A program made the translations under genes and the position numbers. Positions 12,801 to 25,492 of a stretch of 64,000 nt of DNA are shown piece by piece. The notes under the pieces were generated by a model. It worked only from the letters and a program-made list of their open reading frames with translations, searched no databases and was not told the origin of the DNA. The first letter of the stretch is position 1. The number at the start of each line of letters is the position of its first letter. The stretch is from Cyanophora paradoxa CCMP329 (lineage: Eukaryota > Plantae > Glaucophyta): contig QPMI01000490.1 of assembly GCA_004431415.1 (NCBI GenBank), positions 62,001 to 126,000 on the forward strand, written 5' to 3'.

Positions 12801-15800
12801 ACGCGCGCGCACGGCTCGGTGTTCTCGACCAGGATGACGCCGACGAGCGCCGAGTGCGCCGTGTTGTTGCGGAAGACGGGCGCCTGGCCCGAGGAGGGCC
12901 CGCACTGCACGCCGGCGTACTTGAAGCCGCCGCGCTCGGAGCCGCCGACGGCGTTGCCGGCGATGACGGAGCCGGCGAGGTCGGTCGCCTCGAGGGAGAA
13001 GGCGGCCATCTTGCGGCGGTTGTCCTTGGCGGTGCGCGCCTGGTAGCGCGTCGCGATCGCGACGTTGCCGACGATGCGGGCCCGCGTCGCCGTCTCCTCC
13101 ATCACGAAGACGGGGCCGATCGAGTCGAAGGCCACGTTCTCCTCCAACACGACGCCGGCGCTGGCGCGGATGGAGAGGGCGGGCGAGTAGCCGAGGCCGA
13201 AGGCGCAGCGGCGGACGACGGCGGCGCCCTCGGCGGCGGCGCCGAGGTTGCGGAACATGACGCCGGAGCGGTCGAGGCCGTCCTGCCCGAACGACTCGAA
13301 GGCGACGGAGTCGAAGACGGCGCGCCCGACGCCGACGAGCGGGCCGCCCGAGGCGCGCGGCTCGTCGTAGCGGCCGACGAGGACGTGCGCGCCGAACTGC
13401 TCCTCGAGCACCGAGACGGGCGACGGGTCCGAGCCGCGGATGACGACGTTGCGCGTCAGGACCGCCACCTCGGCGCGCGTGTCCAAGGTCAGGACGCGCC
13501 CGTCGGCGCGGGTGATGGTCTGCAGCGTGCCGAAGTGGCGGTGGCGCAGCGGGCGGTCCAGCGTGAGCGTCTGGCGCGTCCCGTTCAGGCGCACGCCGAC
13601 GACGACGGCGCGGTCCCACTGGTTCGCGTCCCAGTCGGCGGCGGCGATCGCGATCGTGTCGTTGAGGCGCGCCAGCGGCCCGTCGACGACGACCTGCGTG
13701 GCGCCCGGCATGGCGTCCCCGTCCAGGCGCTGCGGAACGGTCTCAGATCACGGAAACACACGACAAGACAGAGATCGCTAACGCACCGTCCAGGACTTGA
13801 GGGGCGGGATGCCGTGCGCCTCGAGCCGCCCGAAGACGGCGAGGCCCTTGGTGCCGAGGTTGAGCGTGTTCGAGAGGGCCCAGTCGTTCGGGGCGAAGCG
13901 GCTCCCCGTGAGCACGATCTGGGGCACGCGCAGCGCGAGTCAGATTCGATGCGTCCAGGGGCGCGGAAGGGGCCGACCTCGGCGCGGTTGAGGAAGGGCC
14001 TGGTGGCGTTGCCGATGGTGAGGCGCCCCGTGGCGGTGACGAGCACGTTGCGCGCCACGAGCGACAGCGTCGTGTTCGAGACGGACTCGTCGAAGCGGAG
14101 CCAGCCGCGGACGGTGACGCGGTTGAGGCCCGGCGTGGCCGTGTCGAGGACCATGCGGCGCCAGGACTCGATCAGGACGTCCTCGCCGGCCCGCGGGACC
14201 GTGAAGTTGCGCTCGGGCCACGATTTCGGGTCCGACCAGCGGAACCACGTGTCGTTGCCGGGCGCCTCCGGCACCGACGGCGGCGCCGGGCAGCCAGAGT
14301 CCGGGCACATGTGGACGGGCGTCGCGAGCCACGTCGGCGAGCTGTCGTTCACGCAGCCGACGGCGAGCGTCCACGAGGACGGGCTCCGCGTGTAGTTGAA
14401 GGCGCCGGCGCCGGGGCTGCTGAGCAGCTCGGCGAGCGGCGTGCCGGCCATCTCGGTGCGGGTCGCGGCGACGCCGCGGAGGGTGCGGCGGACGTGCACG
14501 TGGTCCGGGGCCGACGTGAAGTCGAACTGGAGGTACATGGTCTCGTTCGGGTGCCAGAGCGAGGCGTGCAGGTTGAAGTCCTCGGGGTCGACGTACGCCC
14601 TTGCGAGCGGGGCGCCCGTCCCCTGGAAGTCCCACTGCAGCGAGTAGCGGCGCCCGACCTTGGCGAGGAAGACCCAGCCGAACTGGGGAGGCGCGCCGTC
14701 AACGTCAAGCAGAAGCAAAGACCGTCGAGACGCAAAGTTAAGGCGGACCTCGTTGTACTTGTCCCAGGGTACCTGCAGCGTGGCGTTCGTGCCGAGGTCG
14801 GTGACGAGAAGGAACTTAAAGTCGAGCGCGCTCGGCGCGATCCCGTTGATGTGCACGCGGCGGAAGGGCGCCCCCGTGCAGACGGCGCTGCGCCAGCCCG
14901 GCGGGTGCGAGCACTCCGGCAGCGCGAGCGTGTGCGGCGTCGGCATCTGCGGGCGCCGAAGAGTGAGGGCGCGTGTGATTACGAGGCGACGCGGAGCTGG
15001 AGCGCACCAGGATCTGGCCGCCGGGGGTGCCGGTGAGGGTGCCGTCGACGTCCGTGACGATGCCCACATCCTGCCACGCGTACCGAGCGTACCTGGAGAG
15101 AGATTGAGCGCGCTGCTCCGAGTGGATTCAGACAGCGAGAAGGCGGGCACCAGTAGACGTTCTCGAACTTGAGCTTCTCGACCCAGGTGTTGAAGCCGCC
15201 CTGGCGGGAGTGGGCCTTGGCGCCCGGCTCGAAGACGGCGTCACCCTCGCCCTCGAAGTTGACGAAGGTCACGTTGGAGATGGTGAAGCCGTAGGACTTG
15301 GGCGTCCAGACGCCGACGCGGCCCTCGCCCCGCGTCGGGTTGTACTGCGAGCTGCCCACGACGACGATGTCCTCCGCCCGCGAGATGTTCTCGAACGAGT
15401 TGCGGTGGTTGCCGCGGCCGAGCGTGCCGCCGAACGCCATGTCGATCCAGCCGTCCTCGCCCGGGTGCACGCCCGTCACCTCGAAGCCGAAGCGTTTGTT
15501 GTCGACGAGGATCATGTCACGGAAGGTGACCCACGAGACCGCCGTCGCCGTGAAGCCGTTGCGCCCGTTGGCGTACGTCGTGAAGTTGTGGAAGACGGCG
15601 GGGGCCGGCCGGTTGCGGACGAACGGGACCGTGCTGGGGTAGAACTCGGGGAAGATGCGGAAGCCGTACCGGCCCGACGAGTGCGCTGCCATCGTATCAG
15701 AGCGGGCGCGAGTCGCGCCGCGAAACTACATGCTCGCACCGGTGTTGTTACGGAACTCGCCGAGGGGCGCGCACTTGGGGCAGATCTCCGTGTTGCCGAG

Positions 15801-18800
15801 GAAGGCGCCGTCGGGGGCCCCAAGCAGCTGGTACCAAAAGCCCCAGTCCGAGCCGACCGCCACGTTGTTCGTCTGCGCAGCGGAATCAGCGCTGTCAACT
15901 GGTACGGTGACTAGCAAGCAAAAGGCGCACGATGTAGTTGGTCGGGTGCACGATCCAGAAGCCGGCGGGTTGCTGGTCCGTGTTGAGCATCGAGAACGAG
16001 GGGATGTTCGTCTGAACGCGAAAGCGTGAGTGAGAGAAACGCAGATCTAGAGCGGGTCCGCTGCGGCCGCGCACGATGATAAGGTTCTGGTCGATGACGT
16101 TCTCGCGCTCGACGCCATCCTCGAGGAAGTATGCGTGGCCCTCGATGCGGTACGCCACGTTGCGGGTGACGCGCAGGCGGTTGACGCCGTGCACCGCCAC
16201 CGCGCGGTTCCATGAGCGGTGGATGGCGCACGAGCGCACGTACGACTGCGTGGTGTCGCCCATCATGTGGAAGTGGATGGCGTAGCGGCCGAGCGTGAAG
16301 GCCTGGCCGACGTCGAAGAACTCGACGTTGTCCATCCGCGTCGTCGACGCCATGCCCATCGAGGCCATGCTGTGGATCAGCATCGTCGCGCCGAAGCGGA
16401 ACGCGAGCGTCGACTCCGGGTCGCCCCGCACGAGCACGTTGCGCGTCAGGTACGCCACCTCCGCACGCTGCGGGCGAAGCGCGTGAGAAATAGAGAGGAA
16501 AAGCTTTGAGCAGCGATTGCAAATGGCGCGCCATGTCGATGGTCTTGCCGCCGAACATGTCGATGACGCCGAGGTGGCGGTAGTTGAGGGGGCGGTCGAG
16601 GACGACCGTGCGGCGGTCCTCCGAGACGGCGACGATCGCGCGCTCCTCCGACTCGGCGTCCCCGTCGAAGGAGCTCGAGGCGACGGCGACGCGGCCGCCC
16701 ACCTCCCAGTCCACGGGCTCCTTCAGCGTGATGTTCGCGTCGCCGGGCCAGACGGTCGCCGCCAGCTGCGTCCACGGCAGCCGCGGCGTGCCGTGGAAGT
16801 CGAGGACGCCGCCGCGCTGCGCGATGACCTGCGGCGGGCAATCAGATTTCAGAGCTCGACAGAAGCCGGTTCCGAGCGCTGGGACGGCGGGGCTGACCTT
16901 GGCGCCGTACTTGGGGATCTCGTAGGAGAGCGGCGTGCCGTAGAGGGTGACGGTCGCCTTGTGCTGGTAGGGCTTGCCCTCCGTGCCGATCTGGAGGCGC
17001 GCGTGGTGCCCGCGCAGCATGATCTGCGGCAGGCGTCAGCTGCAGCTTCCGGTCTTCGCAGCGACGGCTGCTCTCTGAGCGCACCCACTCGGCGCGGAGC
17101 TCGTAGTCGCCCTGGTCGTCGAAGATGAGGGAGCCCTCGATGAGGAGGAGGCGGAGCTTGGCGGGCGAGCAGTCGAGGAGGACGGTCTGGTGCGCCAGGA
17201 TGACCACCGAGTCGCCGTCCGCCGGCGGCGCCGCGCCGCCCCAGGTCGTGCGGCGGCTCCAGAGGTCCGCGAACGCGTACGTGGCCGACGCGTCAGCGAG
17301 GCCCTTGCCGGCGACGAGCACCGCGGGGGCCATCGGCATGCCGTGGCTGGAGGCGCGCGTCACGCAGACCACCTCGGTCTCCGTCGCGCTCTGCACGTCG
17401 CAGACGGTGCCACCGGCGAGGGTCACGTTCGGCGCGGCGCCGGCGGCCGAGAGGAGGCCGGTGCCGGTGAGGGTGATGACCGTGCCTCCCGCGGTGCTGC
17501 CGCGGTTCGGCGTGACCGAGACGACGGTGGGCGTGGACGCCGCCGAGTAGGCAAACGTCACGTTGGTGAAGGTCGCGTTCACGGCGGCGGCCTCTGGGCT
17601 GTTGAAGACCGAGACGACGATCCGGCAGGCGCCGGTCGTGTTGCTAGAGACGCGTCCGGTGACGCAGACGAGCGACGTGTACGAGGACGAGGTGACGCGG
17701 CAGGGTGCGCCGCAGATGGTGACGCCCGTCGCGTTGTGGGCCGCCGGGTCGAAGCCGTTGCCGTCGATTGTCACCGACTGGCCGCCGGCGAACGAGGACG
17801 TGGCGGGGGCGATGGCGAAGACGGAGAGCGGGACGGTGAAGCGGGTCGTGGGCGCGACGGTCGCGTAGCCGCGGTCCGCGAAGAGGACCGAGACGCGCTG
17901 GCTGGGGCCCGCGCGGCCGGCGCTCAGCGTGCACGAGATGGCGACGGTGGTGGCCGCAGTGGGCGTGCACGACGAGGCGCCGACGGTCACCGCAATGTCC
18001 GAGAGGCTCCAGCTGCTATCGTTGCCGTACGTGCCGATGATGGTGATGCTGACGCCTGAGAAGCCCGATGAGGGCTTGACGCTGGTCACGGCCGGCGTGT
18101 AGTTCGCCGAGTACTGGAAGGCGGGGCCAGCGACGGAGACGCCGTTGACGGCGACCTGCACGGGCGCCGCGCCCGCCGAGCCGGAGGGCAGCGTGCACGT
18201 CAGGCTCGTGTAGGCGGCGGCAAGGACGGGGCAGGCGCGGCCGCCGACGGTCACGTCGACGGCGGACGCGTTGGGCCCGAAGCCGGTGCCGTTGATGTGC
18301 AGCACCGCCCCGCCGTTCGTCTGCGATCGCGAGGGCGTCAGGCTAACATGGACTGAAAAAGACAGTCAAAGAGGCGCACAGAGCCGGCGTTGCGGAAGGT
18401 GCCATCGAAGACGGGCAGCCCGAGCGACGTGACGGAGAGGGCGTAGCCAAAGCTGGTGGCCGGCTCGGGCTGCGCGGCGAGGCCGACGGTCTCGACGAGG
18501 ATGACGACGGGGAAGGCGCCGGCGACGCCGAGGCCGAGCGTGCATGCGATGGATTCATTGGAGGACGACTCGACCGCGCAGGGCGCAGTGCCGATGCTGA
18601 CGGAGAGCGCGCCGGTGGGGAAGAAGCCCGAGATGGTGAGCACATCGCCGTTGGCGCCCGAGGCGGGACTGACGGAGCTGATCTGCGGCGTGGTCTCCGC
18701 CGCGATGGTGACGGTGCAGGCGGTCGCGGCGTCAGAGCAAACAACGGCGGCGCCGGCGACGGACGAGATGGCGTACGCGCCGGCGGCGGCGGCGCCGACG

Positions 18801-21800
18801 GCGGGCATGGTGCAGGCAACCTCGCCGGCAGCGAGGGCGGTCATGGCGCAGGCGATTGCCGGGCCCGAGGCGGGCGTCAGCTCCACGACGGCTGCGGAGA
18901 CAGGCCCTGCGAGCTTGACGGAGCCGGCGAGGCCGAGGCGGAGCGCGAGGCCGCCGGCCAGCGACGCCGCGGCGCTGGAGAGGCCCGTGACCTCGGCGGC
19001 GTACTCAAAGGAGGCGGCGCCCGAGGCGGCGCCCGTGCCGGCGAAGACGACGGAGACGGCGGCGGGGCCCGGGAGGGACTCGCCGGCCACGCAGACGATG
19101 GAGTCATCGGCGACGCTCGTGACGGCGCAGGGTGCCGCGCCGAGCTGCACGGTCGGCGCGCCGACGGCCTGCGAGAAGTTGCCGCCGGCAATGGTGACCG
19201 TCGCTCCGATGCCGGCGGCGGGGGGCAAGACGCCCGTGATTGTCGGCGTGGCCGCTGCGCGGGGTCTAAGCGGGGGACTCGAGTAGAGAGGGCAAATGGA
19301 GGCGTACCGGGGTCGAATGTGTAGGCCGGGGCTGGGAGGGCGACGCTGACGTTGCCGAAGGCGACGGACGCGACGAGGAAGGGCTCGCTCGCGTTGGGCG
19401 CGGCGGCGGGCCGGCAGACGAAGGCGCCGGCCGCGGACGAGAGCGGGGCGCACGCGACGGAGCCGCCGGCCGCCGAGACGAGCTCGACTGAGGCGAAGGT
19501 CGCGGGGTCGACGGGGAAGCCCCGCCCCGCGAACGTGACGGCACCGCCGCCCAGGACCGAGCCGGAGGCGGGGCTCGCCGACGCGATCTCTGCTCCGGGA
19601 AGGCGCGGTCAGATTGAGAAGAATGAGAGCGGCAGGCCGGGACCGGGGCCGGCGTGCGCACCGGTGCCGACGGCGACGGAGACGGCGCCCGAGGCGCGGC
19701 CGGCGGCGGGGAGCAGGATGGAGAGGGGCAGGTCGCCGCCGTAGAGGGCCCGCGCGACGCTGCAGACGAGGGACGAGGCGGTGGCCGACGCGGCGTCGAC
19801 CGCGCAGGGCACGCCCCCGATGGCGACCTCGGCGTCGGCCGCGAGGAGCGCCCCGGTGACGGTGAAGGTGGCCACGTCGCCAAAGGGGCCGCAGGCCGCC
19901 GGCGAGATCGAGGCGACCGAGGGCGTCGCGGCGCCGTCGGCGGCGAAGGCGGCCGCCAGCGTCGCCGACTGTCCACCGACGGCGACGACGACGTCGTGGG
20001 CGCCCTCCGCGAGGGCCGGCGCCGCGCAGACGAGGCTCCCGTACGCGGAGGAGAGCACGGGGCACTCCGCGCCGCCGACGGTGACAGAGGCCGTCGCGTT
20101 GCCGAGGGGCCCCAGGCCGGCGCCCGAGACGGTCAGGCGCGCGCCGCCCAGGGTGCCGCCCGCCGCGGGCGACACCGACGTCGCGCCTGCGCAAGGTCGC
20201 GTAAGCTCGGGGAAGCAGGGTTCAGAGGAGACCGCAGTACAGGCGCACTCAGGGTAGAGTTGAACTTGGCGGAGCTCGAGGCAGCGCCGAAGCCGGCGAC
20301 GGTCACCGCGACGTCGTGCTCGCCGGCCGGCAGCGCGGGGACGGTGCACTCGAGCGAGGACGGCGAGGCGCGGGCGACGGCGGCGCAGGCGACGCCGCCG
20401 ATCGCGACGGCGGCGTCGCGCGTGTCGTTGAGGCCCTTGAAGTCACCCGAGACGGTCACGTTGTCGCCGGCGAAGCCGGCCGCCGGCGCGACCGACGCGA
20501 CCGAGGGCGTGGCCTCTGCGGCGAGAGTGAGGAGCGGTGTCCGGCAGCTGCAGGGAGAGACCGGCGCGCCCGCACCGTCCGAGAGCGTGAAGGTGCAGTC
20601 GTCCATCTTGCAGGCGGCGAGGAGGCCGTTGACGCGGACGGTGACCTGCGGGGCCGGCTCGACCGTCGAGAGGAACTCGCCGGGGATCGGCCCCAGCATG
20701 AAGCCGCCCGAGGCGCGCTCGGTCGCCGTGGCGGTGACGGCGCCCGAGGGCGCGGAGAGGCCCGAGGCGTCGACCTCGAGGAGCGGGAGGTCGCCCGGCG
20801 TGCCGTCGAAGGTCACGTCGTAGTTGAGGCCGTAGCAGGAGCCCCAGCGGAGGACCGAGGCGCGCAGGCCGACGGCGAGCAGCGCGGCGCGCACGTCGGC
20901 GGCCGGCGCGTCCCACGCGAGCGGCTCCGTCGCGTTGGCGAGGCCCGGCATGGCGAGCGTGAAGGTGCCCGAGAGGCCGGCCTCGGCGCTCTGGTTCCTG
21001 GCGGCCGACGCGGCGAGCGGGGCGGGGCCGGAGAGGGCCGAGGCGGAGATGTCGGCGGCCGGCGCGCAGGTGCGGAGGCTCACGTCGTACGCGAAGGTGG
21101 CGGGGCCGGCGGCGCGGCGGGCGACGGAGACGGACTGGACCCACTCGGGGACGTAGCCCGAGACGGAGAACTCGTCGATCCAGAAGGCGCCCGCCGGCTC
21201 GCTGACGCCGTCGCCGGCGAGGACGATGCTCTGCACGAAGCGCTGGCCCGCGCCGAAGCGCGCGTCCAGGATCCGGTCCAGGTCGATGCACGTGTAGTGC
21301 CTGGGCGCAGCGTGAGCGGGGCTGAAGCTTACGCTTAAGTGCATTGGGACGCGCGCACCACTGGTTGTCGGCGATGACGTTCCAGGAGGCGACGGGGGGG
21401 AAGCTCGAGGTCGGGTCGATCGGCATGGTCATCTCGAGGGAGCGCCAGCCCTGGCCGCTGATTTGCACTGCGACGCGGGCAGGGGCGTCACTCCACAGGA
21501 ACGAGGCGGGCTCGGAGCTCGAGGGCCGCCGGCGGCACTGACCGAGCATGTTGGCGCGCGTGGAGGCCGGGATGCGGTAGGCCATGCAGACGAGCGGGTA
21601 GAGGTTCGTGTCGTAGCCGGCGGAGGTCATCCCCGGGCGCAGGTTCATCTCCCGCTCGAAGGCGCGCACGCTGGCGCCGCCCTCGACGCGCATCGAGACC
21701 GAGCCGGCGTACGCCGTCGTGTCGTCGGCGGCGGCCGTGGCAGCGCCCGAGCGGCGCTGCCAGGCGCCGCCGGCCTCGAACGAGTCGCGGAAGAGGAGGT

Positions 21801-23924
21801 CGGGGGGCTGGAGGAGGCCGCCGTCCGTCCGGTCCATCGCGAAGACGAGCGACTCGACGGCCGCCTTCACCTCGGCCGCGGAGGCGTTGCCGGGCACGGT
21901 CGCCGTCAGCGGCCCGAGGGCCAGCTGCACGGTGCCGTTCGCCGTCCCGTTCGCGATCGTGATCGTCTGCACGTCGTTCCTGGGCGCCCCGCGCAAGTAC
22001 ACGCGCTGCGCGGCGGCGAAGAAGAGCTTAGGAGCAGAAGATACACACGGAAATCGAGGAAATCGGGGACCTGGCGCTCGTCGACGGCGTTGGCGGCCTG
22101 CGCATTCGTGTAGAGCGGCGCGCCGACCCGCACGGCGACGTCCTGGTTCGAGCCGCCGCTGCCCTGCTGCTGCAGGGAGCGCAGGAAGAGCCGCTCGCCC
22201 TTCTTGAGCGCCATCTTGGGCGACGCCTGCGCCGGGCTGGAGGCGTAGGTGCGGGGGGCCGTCCACGTGTCGACGCGGGCGGCGCGGGTGAGGTTGGCGG
22301 GGCTCGGGCCGGCCCACAGCTCGCTGGCGTCGTCCGAGGACTGGAAGAAAGTGTACACCGCGTCCATCGGGGCCGTGAAGTAGGCTCTGAGGGGGAGGAA
22401 GAAGAGGAAAGTGAGGGGCAGACTTCAAGGATGGAAGAGGGGAGATCGAGGGCCGCACTCGATGAGCTGGCCGGTGTTGACGCCCCAGTCGCGGGGGGCC
22501 TCGAAGGCGGCGGGGAGGAGGCGGGAGACGTTGGGCGAGGCGGGGAAGCGCCGGTCGGCCTTGAGCGCCGAGAGGCCGCCGCTGACGCCCGTCCAGCCCC
22601 GGAAGCGAACGCCGCGGGAGCCGGGGAAGAGCTCGCCCGCCCCCGCCACGAACGCCGCGCCGGCCCGCGTCGTGCACACCACTGCGCGCCGCGCCCGTCA
22701 GCGGGGCGCGCGGGGAGGGGGGGCGGAAGAGCGCAGTGGGGGTACCGTGGTCGTAGGTGGAGAAGGTGACGTCGCAGGGGAGGCCGCCGGCGGTGACCTC
22801 GTTGTCGGCGGGGACAGGCGAGAAGCCCGAGCCGCGCACGGTCAGCGAGAGGCCGCCCCGGACCGACGCCGCCGGCGCCGAGAGGCCCGTGATCGCGGGG
22901 TACACCTGCCGAAGGCATCAGAGCGGCGCGGCGCGCGCGAGCGGACGAGCGGCCGGGGAGCTGGAGGGCGCGCCTGGAAGGTGTAGAGGCGGGCCTGCCC
23001 ATCCATAAGGAACTCGTTGCGCGCCGGCTGCGCGTTGCCGTACTGGCGCGCGACCTGCGCCGACGCGTAAGCGGACGAGGGCCAGGGGGGGTAGGCCTAG
23101 GGGGGCCCTGGCGCTGGGCGGGCCTGGAGGGTGAGGTTGTAGGAGCCGGCGGGGGAGGGCCCGGCGGTGGCGGCGAGCTTGTCCCAGGTCGGCATCTCCG
23201 TGTAGGGCGCCCCCGAGCTCGCGTTGAAGAGCCCGAAGCGGCCCTCGCCGGCGTACAGCCCGATAATGTCGTTCACGTCGCTGGGGCAGAGGTTCTATGA
23301 GGGCCGGGCCCGGGCCCGGATCAAATTCGATCAGAAGGGCGTACCGGATGGAGAGGTTGGAGCCGCGGAGGGAGACGGGATCGCCAAAGCTGCCGGCCTG
23401 CGGCTCGATCGAGGAGAGCGCCGGCGTGTTCCCCTCCCGGTACGAGAACGCCTGCCGCCGCGTCAGCGCGAGATCGGCGCGGAACGGGAATCCGAGCGGG
23501 CGCACGCTGAAGAGGGTGGCGACGGAGGACTCCTTGCCGTCGACGATGACGGTGACCGGCACGCCCTCGGCGGGGGCGCTCGGCGCCGTCTCGCACACGA
23601 CGCGCGTGCTCGTCGTGTAGTAGGGGAGGACGCGGCAGGGCGCGCCGCCCACAATGACGCCGTTCGAGCTCGTGAAGTCGCCGTTGTACTCCGAGAAGCC
23701 GTTGCCGACGATCGTCAGGTACGTCCCGCCCGCGACGGAGCCCGCCGTGGGCGTCACGTAGCCGATCACTGCGCGGCGCGGTCAGGTCAGGCGGCCGGCC
23801 GCGGGGCGCGGGGGGCGGGCGAGCGGCGGCGCGCACTCTGGGCGGATGTGACCGCGGTCAGGGCGAGCGCCAGCAGCAGCACGAGCACCGCCGCGGCGCC
23901 CCGCGGGCGCGCTAACCGCGTCAT
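9170..23924 (-). CDS. PKHD1L1: Fibrocystin-L/PKHD1L1-like giant type I membrane protein (signal peptide, IPT/TIG repeats, PA14, two G8 domains, parallel beta-helices, TM), multi-exon
   Basis: ATG at 23924 gives signal peptide MTRLARPRGAAAVLVLLLALALTAVTSAQ. TIG repeats (VTPTAGSVAGGTYLTIVGNGF; VTPNRGSTAGGTVITLTGTG). PA14 motif YTFFQSSDDASELW. G8 domains DLWSRRTTWGGAAPPADGDSVVI (about 17270) and FRWSDPKSWP (about 14240). Beta-helix GQAFTLGRYAIHFH..SYVRSCAIHRSWNRAVAVHG. TM AAVVAGIVVGAVAAALVVGL at about 9770-9830. The symbol denotes family likeness, not proven orthology. Confidence 0.88.
9857..9886 (-). repeat. (CAG)10 trinucleotide repeat encoding poly-Gln in the juxtamembrane stalk of the PKHD1L1-like protein
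   Basis: (CTG)10 run on the + strand, in frame with PAGASGVNQAAVVAG on the - strand. Confidence 0.7.
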
Positions 23925-25492
23925 GGCTGGGGGATCCCCGCTCTCCGGGACGCCGCGACCACGCGCCGCGCTCCTCCGGGCTTCCTTGCTTCAAGTTCGA
24001 ACGCTTTCCCGGCCGATGTGGAGCTGCGCTGAGCTGGCGCTGGATGCTGGAGGCGGGGCCTAGCTCTATCTCCGGCGGCGGCTGCCGTCCGGAGGCGTAG
24101 GCGACGAGCGCAGAGGCCTAGGGAGCGCCGAGAGCCGCCACTCGGTACGAAGGCGCAGATCTGCGCGCGTGCGCGAGCATCTCGACGTCAGCCCCCGCGG
24201 CGCGAGCGCTCCTCGCGTGCGCATATCGCCCCGCACCTTCCGATTGTCACGCAGATGAGATCGAACGCGCCGATCCGCGTCCGAAGGCCGCCCGAGCGCG
24301 GCTTCCACCCAACACCACCCACCCGTGCGCGAACGAATCGCCTGAGAGCGCTGGTGCTGCTGCCGTGCGGGAAGCGACGGGCGCTGCTGCGATCGATGCC
24401 TTGGAAGAGAGCGAATGATGCCGATGCGCGCCGGATCGTAATCGACTCGGCCCGAGGCGCCTCGCTGGCGGTCTCTCCGCGCCAAGCAGGCACTCGGAAG
24501 AGCGCATGATGAACCGGCGAACAGAGGCCTGCACTCGGCGTTCCTCCCCCCCCCCCCCCCCTCGCTCGGAGGTGTGGACACGTGTTCGAAGTCGCGCGGC
24601 CAGCTAGCGCCACGGGGGTGACGACTCTCACTGACGAGACCGCGGCGCAGCGAAAGCGCATGCGCAGGCGACGGCCAAGCAGCCGGCTCTGTCGCTGATG
24701 CTATATAGCTAGCCTGCGGATGGCGCGGCGCCGGCAGCGCGGATGTGGCGCGTTGCACGCGTGTACCCCAAGAGATCTTCTTCCCCCGGAGGGGCCGAAT
24801 TGATTGATCGCGCGCAACCTTGTGCTTCTCCGCAGAGTCCGTACCCGCAGGTGACCGAAGTCACGCGCGTGCGCAAGCTGCCTGCAAGGCTGCAACCAGC
24901 GCACTGCCGCAGTGCGCCTGCAACTTCCAAGATATAGCTACTTCCAGCTTGCAGCCTGGAAGCGCCCGGAGGCGCCGGACAGCTGTGAGTTCGCGCGGCT
25001 TCCGGAGCTCTGTCGGAGGTGCGCAGCACCTCAGCGCGTGCCGAGGTCCAGCAGCAGCCAGGTGCAACTTCACGTAACCTCGCTTACAAAGCGCAAAGGA
25101 TCGCGCTCGAGCCTCGTTGGGTGCGCCGAGGCTGCATGCATATGCGCGCGAGGCGCCGCGCGCGCCGCGCATGCGCAGTTTTTTGACCCCCCACGTGCAC
25201 TGCAGCTGGTAGCTAAGGCGGTCGGAGGCTGCCGAGGAGCGCGGCTGAGCAGAGGAGGCTTGTGGCCCAATTGCAACGGGCGCTTGAAGCTTGAAGTGCT
25301 GGGTTGGCGCGCGCCGAGACTGCCGGTGCGCGTGGTGCGCCGCTGCGCGCGCCTCCCACCACGTGCGCGTGCAATCATCGGTAGCTAACAGAGCCAAAGC
25401 CCCGCAGGAGCTGCCGAGGAGGCGGCGGGTGGCCCAGCGATCGGGGGCCCGGCGGCCGTGCGCGAGGCGCTCCTGCCAGCTAGGGCGCAGCA

